Source: Nitrososphaerales archaeon (GTDB taxonomy: Archaea; Thermoproteota; Nitrososphaeria; Nitrososphaerales; UBA213). Taken from it: DNA of 64,000 nucleotides. The position numbers and the translations under genes were made by a program. Where the stretch lies: the NCBI GenBank assembly GCA_965197925.1, contig CBDAOC010000014.1, positions 10,697-74,696 of the forward strand, in the 5' to 3' direction. This document shows positions 59,360-64,000 of the stretch, in pieces; within the stretch, counting starts at the first letter, position 1; each line of letters begins with the position of its first letter. The notes under the pieces are model-generated. The model ran no database searches. It was not told where the DNA came from and saw only the letters and a program-made list of their open reading frames with translations.

Positions 59360-59697
59360 AGCAAGCAGACCCAGAAGAAGACTGCATACAACAGTGTGAA
59401 CTTATTGCGCTCATCAAGCATCTTGGACTGGAGTTTGATGATGCTTTTGATAGAATAACTATTCTGCTACCTAAAATGTGTCCAGACATAGCAAGGTGGT
59501 ATGGTATAAAATGGGCAAAGCCTTTGCCTTGTGAAGTAGACTACTGGAAAGAAATACAAGCTGATATTGACGCTGAAAAGGGGGATCGTGAACATGATGA
59601 TGTCCATAAAGGAAGATACGCATATGATCCTTATTCACTTGTTCGTGATAGTTTCAGATCAGATCAAAGCACTATAGCACAAGGAGAGCAATACTGA
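59323..59697 (+). CDS. hypothetical protein
   Basis: ORF in operon. Confidence 0.6.
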   Translation: MFEPRSFYNEWIEQADPEEDCIQQCELIALIKHLGLEFDDAFDRITILLPKMCPDIARWYGIKWAKPLPCEVDYWKEIQADIDAEKGDREHDDVHKGRYAYDPYSLVRDSFRSDQSTIAQGEQY

Positions 59698-59981
59698 TGT
59701 ATAAAATGGTTAACTTGAATAATGCACATCAATGGTGTTTATTGTCAGAAGATGAGATGGCAGAACTTGTCCTTAAGCGCGTCAATCATTGTGTCGGAGA
59801 TGGAATTCCAGTTGAAGTCAAGCAATGCAATATCACTAATGCTTTGGTAGTAATCAGAGGAAGACCAGCGACTGTTGATTATCATCTTCTATTTCCAAAC
59901 ACAGAGATTAGCTATGAAAGCGAGGACCAAGAGAAATACGCAGAAAAAGTAATGGGCGATGCTACAATGCCTTGGTTATAG
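59697..59981 (+). CDS. hypothetical protein
   Basis: AAGGAG RBS, TGATG coupling. Confidence 0.6.
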   Translation: MYKMVNLNNAHQWCLLSEDEMAELVLKRVNHCVGDGIPVEVKQCNITNALVVIRGRPATVDYHLLFPNTEISYESEDQEKYAEKVMGDATMPWL

Positions 59982-59987
59982 ACTAAA

Positions 59988-60077
59988 GCGACTGTCTGGT
60001 GTCGGAGACGGAGATTGAGTCGGAACTCATAAAAAACGTATCCCGTTCTCTTGGTGGTTCAATTCTGCCAAGTCGCA
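59988..60077 (+). ncRNA. tRNA-like structured RNA (acceptor stem and T-arm, non-canonical D/anticodon region)
   Basis: GCGACU/AGUCGC-A acceptor, GGUGG-UUCAAUU-CUGCC T-arm, inner helix GAGACGGAGAU/AUCCCGUUCUC. Confidence 0.55.
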
Positions 60078-60131
60078 TCTCTCAAGAGAATCTTAACACA
60101 GTTTATACCTCTATTATGGAGGTTATATTAT

Positions 60132-60728
60132 ATGAACAAGCATATAGTGATGTTATATTCAACAGAGGGTGATCAACTCACTGTGGATAATCACTTGCTT
60201 ATTTCTTCTTTGGGCATACCTCACATCTGCATTCACATAGGAAATACAATCCGATCTGTATTCGCGATAGAGGCTAAAACATATATTGAAGCTAAGTTCA
60301 ATATAGAACTGATAAAAGAAGAAGATAGCATTGAAGGTATACCGTTTGAAGGTAACTCAATGATAGTTACGCCACAATCTGAGGATTTATTAGTAGTTAG
60401 AAAGTTTATGAACTTCTTAGATGATGACAATTTTGACATCATCAAAAAAGAAGTTTTGCAGTCTATGCCCTGTATTTCTATAGAAAGATTTTGTTTGCTT
60501 CTTTCTAAATATATGAAGATTATATCTAAAGAGTGTGATGTTTATCTTTCACGTTTAGATGTGAGCTTTGACTATAAGTCGGAAGAGTTTGTAGATAGCG
60601 TATGTAATAAAGCTGGTAAAATCTATAACAATATGGAATTAGCTTATACGCATATCTTCAACAAAAACAAGTCTGGACAATATAGGGGAGCTTCAGAAGA
60701 GTTTCATAAGCTACACAATATGAATTAA
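60132..60728 (+). CDS. hypothetical protein
   Basis: GGAGG RBS before ATG 60132. Confidence 0.6.
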   Translation: MNKHIVMLYSTEGDQLTVDNHLLISSLGIPHICIHIGNTIRSVFAIEAKTYIEAKFNIELIKEEDSIEGIPFEGNSMIVTPQSEDLLVVRKFMNFLDDDNFDIIKKEVLQSMPCISIERFCLLLSKYMKIISKECDVYLSRLDVSFDYKSEEFVDSVCNKAGKIYNNMELAYTHIFNKNKSGQYRGASEEFHKLHNMN

Positions 60729-60759
60729 ATCAGGTATAAACTGTGTTTGGATAACTATT

Positions 60760-61050
60760 ATGAACAATTATGTCATTAACCTTGTTAATGAGCTTAAAGA
60801 ACTTATATTACAAGAACTCACAGAAGAGTTTGAGTTTGCTGAAGATATAGCTAATAAAGTAATGGAAATACCAGAATGTCCAAGAGACTATGGATATGTA
60901 TCTGCATTTAGCATTGCATCAGCTTTGAGAAAACTTGCTATGGACGGCAAAGTGGAATCTATAATGCATGAAAGAAACAAAGCTGATGGAACTGAATATG
61001 TTAACGAGTATTGGCTTTGGAAATATAAGAAAAAGGATAAATATGGATAA
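60760..61050 (+). CDS. winged-HTH-like protein
   Basis: IASALRKLAMDGKVES...YWL. Confidence 0.55.
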   Translation: MNNYVINLVNELKELILQELTEEFEFAEDIANKVMEIPECPRDYGYVSAFSIASALRKLAMDGKVESIMHERNKADGTEYVNEYWLWKYKKKDKYG

Positions 61051-61216
61051 TTTAGATAAGAAGTGCATAGGTTTGTGTAGAAATATAAAAACCAATGTTG
61101 AACTTATATCTGCATGTATAGAAACTGGAAAGATTCCAAATTCTAATATGAGTAGAATATTAAAAATGCTAAACAGATCAAACTCTATTATAGAGAAGAT
61201 ACTAAAAGGAGCTTAA
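61043..61216 (+). CDS. hypothetical protein
   Basis: AAGGA RBS before ATG 61043. Confidence 0.55.
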   Translation: MDNLDKKCIGLCRNIKTNVELISACIETGKIPNSNMSRILKMLNRSNSIIEKILKGA

Positions 61217-61219
61217 ACT

Positions 61220-62977
61220 ATGAATATACTTGACAGGCTACCTGAACTTGAAGTCACACTCCGTGACTATCAAGAATCAATGCTTGTTGGGCTTGATGAA
61301 TCTGAATCTAAAAGAACTTTAATGCAGTTAGAGACTGGCACTGGTAAAACTGTTATCTTTATGACTTATGCTATATTGAAAGCAGTTTTGAATGGGAAAA
61401 GAGTTTTGGTTATTGTAGGTTCTGAAGAACTATTAGAGCAAGCAATAAACACAGCGAAGTTCATAAAACCAGATATTGATATTGGAAGGTTTATAGGATC
61501 TCACAGGGACTATGACTCTGAAATAGTCGTAGCGTCTCTGCAAACACTTAAAAACCTACACAATCTCATAGTGCTTGATGACGACTTTGAAATAATAATA
61601 TATGACGAAGCACATCATGCAACTTCTCCAATGAGCAAAAGAGCCTTTTTTAGATATGGAGTTTGTGATCTTGACGATGCTGGACATGATAATGTTGAGC
61701 TTATTACGCCTCATAATTCTCCAACTCGTGAGCTTATAGGAGTAACAGCTACTCCAGATCGCACAGATGAAACTCCACTTGGTAAGATATTCCATGACCG
61801 TATAGACGGGCCTCCTATAGAATGGTTTATCGGTGAAGGGTATCTATGCGATCTAAAGTTTATGACAGTTGACACTGGTATTGACTTGAGCGACATTAGA
61901 TCTTATCATGGGGATTTTTCTGAATCTGAGTTAGCTAATAAGTTGATATCCGCTGGTTATCTTAACGAAATTAGCAGGGTTATTGAAGAATATGCAGAAG
62001 AAAGAAAAAGCATATTACTTTATGTTCCTGACGTTGCGACTGCTAAAATAGCAGCTGCAGCTATTCAAGATTCAGGTATAGCTTGTGACTATGTGATAGG
62101 AGCTGAAAGAACAAGGCGGTCAGAGGTTATTGACAGATTTAAGTCTGGCGATATCAGAGTTCTCGTGAACTGCCTGGTCCTCAAAGAGGGCTTTGACGCT
62201 CCGAATGCTGATTGTATAATACTTTGCCGTCCAACTAAGTCTCCGCTACTATTGAAACAGATAATAGGTAGACTTACAAGAATTGATGAAGGCAAGGTAA
62301 ATGGTCTGTTTATTGACTGCGGTTTCAAACGAAGAGAAGATGATATTGTATCAGCTTCTGGGTTATTTCATCAATCTTATCTACAAGAGTCCGAACAAGA
62401 AGACCTTAGCATCAAGGAACGAATTGAACTTCAGATAGAACGTGCAAAGGTAATGCACCAGTTGATATATCTGATTGATAGGATTCGTCATAAACTACAG
62501 ATTGAAGAAGCACAGGAGGGTGAAATGAATGCCAAAGCCCAGAATGAACAGGATAAAGAGTTTGTATACGAAGATATCCCAGACGAAGTTAAGTTATTGG
62601 TTGATACCAGACTATTAAAGAAGTTTGGTCTTATGTATACAGAGTTTGATATGTTGTTCAGAGAACGAATAGCAAAGATCATTCAAAGCCAGAATAGTCC
62701 TTTCATGCACGAGAAGGCTCATGAAAAACAGCTTGAAACTCTATCGCAAATGACTGATATTCCTGCTGAAGAGTTGGGTTTTATGAGTTGGTTAGAAGTT
62801 CAAGCATTAACCCAAGTGATTAAGAATCAGAGAGTTGTAACTAAACGCCAAAAGGAATACCTTGATTACCTTGAATATAAAGGTGATGTTCCTAAAACCG
62901 AAAGGCAGGCGTCTAAGTTGATAGGAATCTTATTAACTAAATCAGCAGGAGGCACATATACTCGTGGAAGAGCTTAG
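61220..62977 (+). CDS. SF2 DEAH-box helicase (ResIII/UvsW-like)
   Basis: LRDYQ, TGTGKT, DEAHH, TATPDR, EGFDAP, QIIGRLTR. Confidence 0.92.
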   Translation: MNILDRLPELEVTLRDYQESMLVGLDESESKRTLMQLETGTGKTVIFMTYAILKAVLNGKRVLVIVGSEELLEQAINTAKFIKPDIDIGRFIGSHRDYDSEIVVASLQTLKNLHNLIVLDDDFEIIIYDEAHHATSPMSKRAFFRYGVCDLDDAGHDNVELITPHNSPTRELIGVTATPDRTDETPLGKIFHDRIDGPPIEWFIGEGYLCDLKFMTVDTGIDLSDIRSYHGDFSESELANKLISAGYLNEISRVIEEYAEERKSILLYVPDVATAKIAAAAIQDSGIACDYVIGAERTRRSEVIDRFKSGDIRVLVNCLVLKEGFDAPNADCIILCRPTKSPLLLKQIIGRLTRIDEGKVNGLFIDCGFKRREDDIVSASGLFHQSYLQESEQEDLSIKERIELQIERAKVMHQLIYLIDRIRHKLQIEEAQEGEMNAKAQNEQDKEFVYEDIPDEVKLLVDTRLLKKFGLMYTEFDMLFRERIAKIIQSQNSPFMHEKAHEKQLETLSQMTDIPAEELGFMSWLEVQALTQVIKNQRVVTKRQKEYLDYLEYKGDVPKTERQASKLIGILLTKSAGGTYTRGRA

Positions 62978-63404
62978 AGATATAGACTATTGGCGAAAGC
63001 GATGTGTAGTTGGAGAATCAAAGCATGCATTAGCTCAAGCAAAACTTGATGCTTTGAGAATTCGTTCAACTGAAGCTGTTTCAAAAGCAGTTAGAGTTGC
63101 CAATGTTTCCAAAGAGCTTACGAAAGCTTCAAATGAACGTGCTGACGAAGCTGAGTTAGATAATGAAAGGCTAAGCCGACAGATTAACCGCATCAAGAAG
63201 AATCTAATGGAAGGTCAAGGGTTGAACTCTGAATTAGAAGAGTTTATATTAAATCTTCCAGATGATTCTGATGCATATAAACTAATAAAGAGAACGCTCA
63301 TTCGTGCTGTGCATCCAGATAAGCACGGAAAAGCTGATAAAGAGTGTCAAAATGCAATGACAGAAATATCAAAGCTTATTAACATTCTATTTGAGGTGTA
63401 TTGA
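62964..63404 (+). CDS. coiled-coil protein with C-terminal J-domain-like HPD motif
   Basis: LIRAVHPDKHG...AMTEIS. Confidence 0.6.
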   Translation: MEELRDIDYWRKRCVVGESKHALAQAKLDALRIRSTEAVSKAVRVANVSKELTKASNERADEAELDNERLSRQINRIKKNLMEGQGLNSELEEFILNLPDDSDAYKLIKRTLIRAVHPDKHGKADKECQNAMTEISKLINILFEVY

Positions 63405-63699
63405 TATGAGAAAGACACAAGATGGTTATGTTCCTCCTCAGGATACTTATTTAGTTGAGAATCCTACGAGATGGAAGTTTACTCCAAATAAAACTCCAGA
63501 AGCTTTTTTTGTTGTTGATACTGACGACTTTAGAGGTCGTATCATTAAAAGAGTCATAGAAATAACAAATGGAGTTTACAGGCAGATATCGTGTGATATT
63601 TTAGGCACTGCATGCTCTGTTCTGCTTGATGATAGAGATTTCGGGCATATATCATATAATCTGCTTTTCCCAGAGCATAAAGTGACTGGAGAGAAATAA
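63391..63699 (+). CDS. hypothetical protein
   Basis: ORF; probable start ATG 63406 after GAGG. Confidence 0.6.
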   Translation: MRCIDMRKTQDGYVPPQDTYLVENPTRWKFTPNKTPEAFFVVDTDDFRGRIIKRVIEITNGVYRQISCDILGTACSVLLDDRDFGHISYNLLFPEHKVTGEK

Positions 63700-63959
63700 T
63701 GCATGATATACATGGGATTAAAGAAATTGTAGAGTCAAGGGAATCAAGCATTACAGGTATGATATTAACAATGAAATGCGATAAAATGACTCAAGATCAG
63801 ATACTTATGAAGTTATCAATGAATAGGAATATGTCAGTTGGTCAAATACAACAATTGCTAAATAATATGACTTTAGCAAACGGAAAGCTCGCTTCTGCGA
63901 TACTTGAGTATATTGACACACAGCAAGAATTAATCCAGCTCGTTGAATCTATTTCATAG
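63699..63959 (+). CDS. hypothetical protein
   Basis: GGAG RBS, TAATG coupling. Confidence 0.6.
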   Translation: MHDIHGIKEIVESRESSITGMILTMKCDKMTQDQILMKLSMNRNMSVGQIQQLLNNMTLANGKLASAILEYIDTQQELIQLVESIS

Positions 63960-64000
63960 AGATGATGAAATACCCAGCATTGATGGCTGGGTATAGAGGT

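Noticed and set aside
1..64000. Alternative genetic code, or prophage with host flanks
   Set aside because: Long genes are intact in the standard code and use all three stops; no integrase, att site or host housekeeping genes seen.

Overview
The whole window looks like part of a tailed dsDNA phage genome with a long non-contractile tail; no integrase, cas or clear lysis genes are visible. It has four blocks. (1) 1-11.5 kb, minus strand: terminase small/large followed by a giant fibre-like protein. (2) 11.7-20.9 kb, plus strand: replication/modification genes (SSAP-like, N6-adenine methyltransferase, RusA, DarG-like macro domain, primase-helicase, DUF1937-like). (3) 20.9-47.5 kb, minus strand: head-tail operon (portal, protease, capsid, tail tube, chaperone pair, tape measure, tail tip and Ig-like proteins) with an embedded glycosyltransferase, FkbM methyltransferase and N/T/Y repeat protein. 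(4) 47.6-64 kb, plus strand: a repeat-rich putative terminus/origin zone, many small early genes and an SF2 helicase. The most striking signals are non-coding: three type II hammerhead ribozymes in early-region spacers (one directly after a 5x30 bp tandem array), a tRNA/tmRNA-like 90-nt element, a strand-polarised CGGAT cluster, a dispersed GGCCC-N4-GGGCC palindrome near promoters and a two-site iteron system. Candidate anti-defence genes are an Acb2/Tad1-like protein and the macro domain. All product calls come from motif recognition and synteny by eye; no searches were run.
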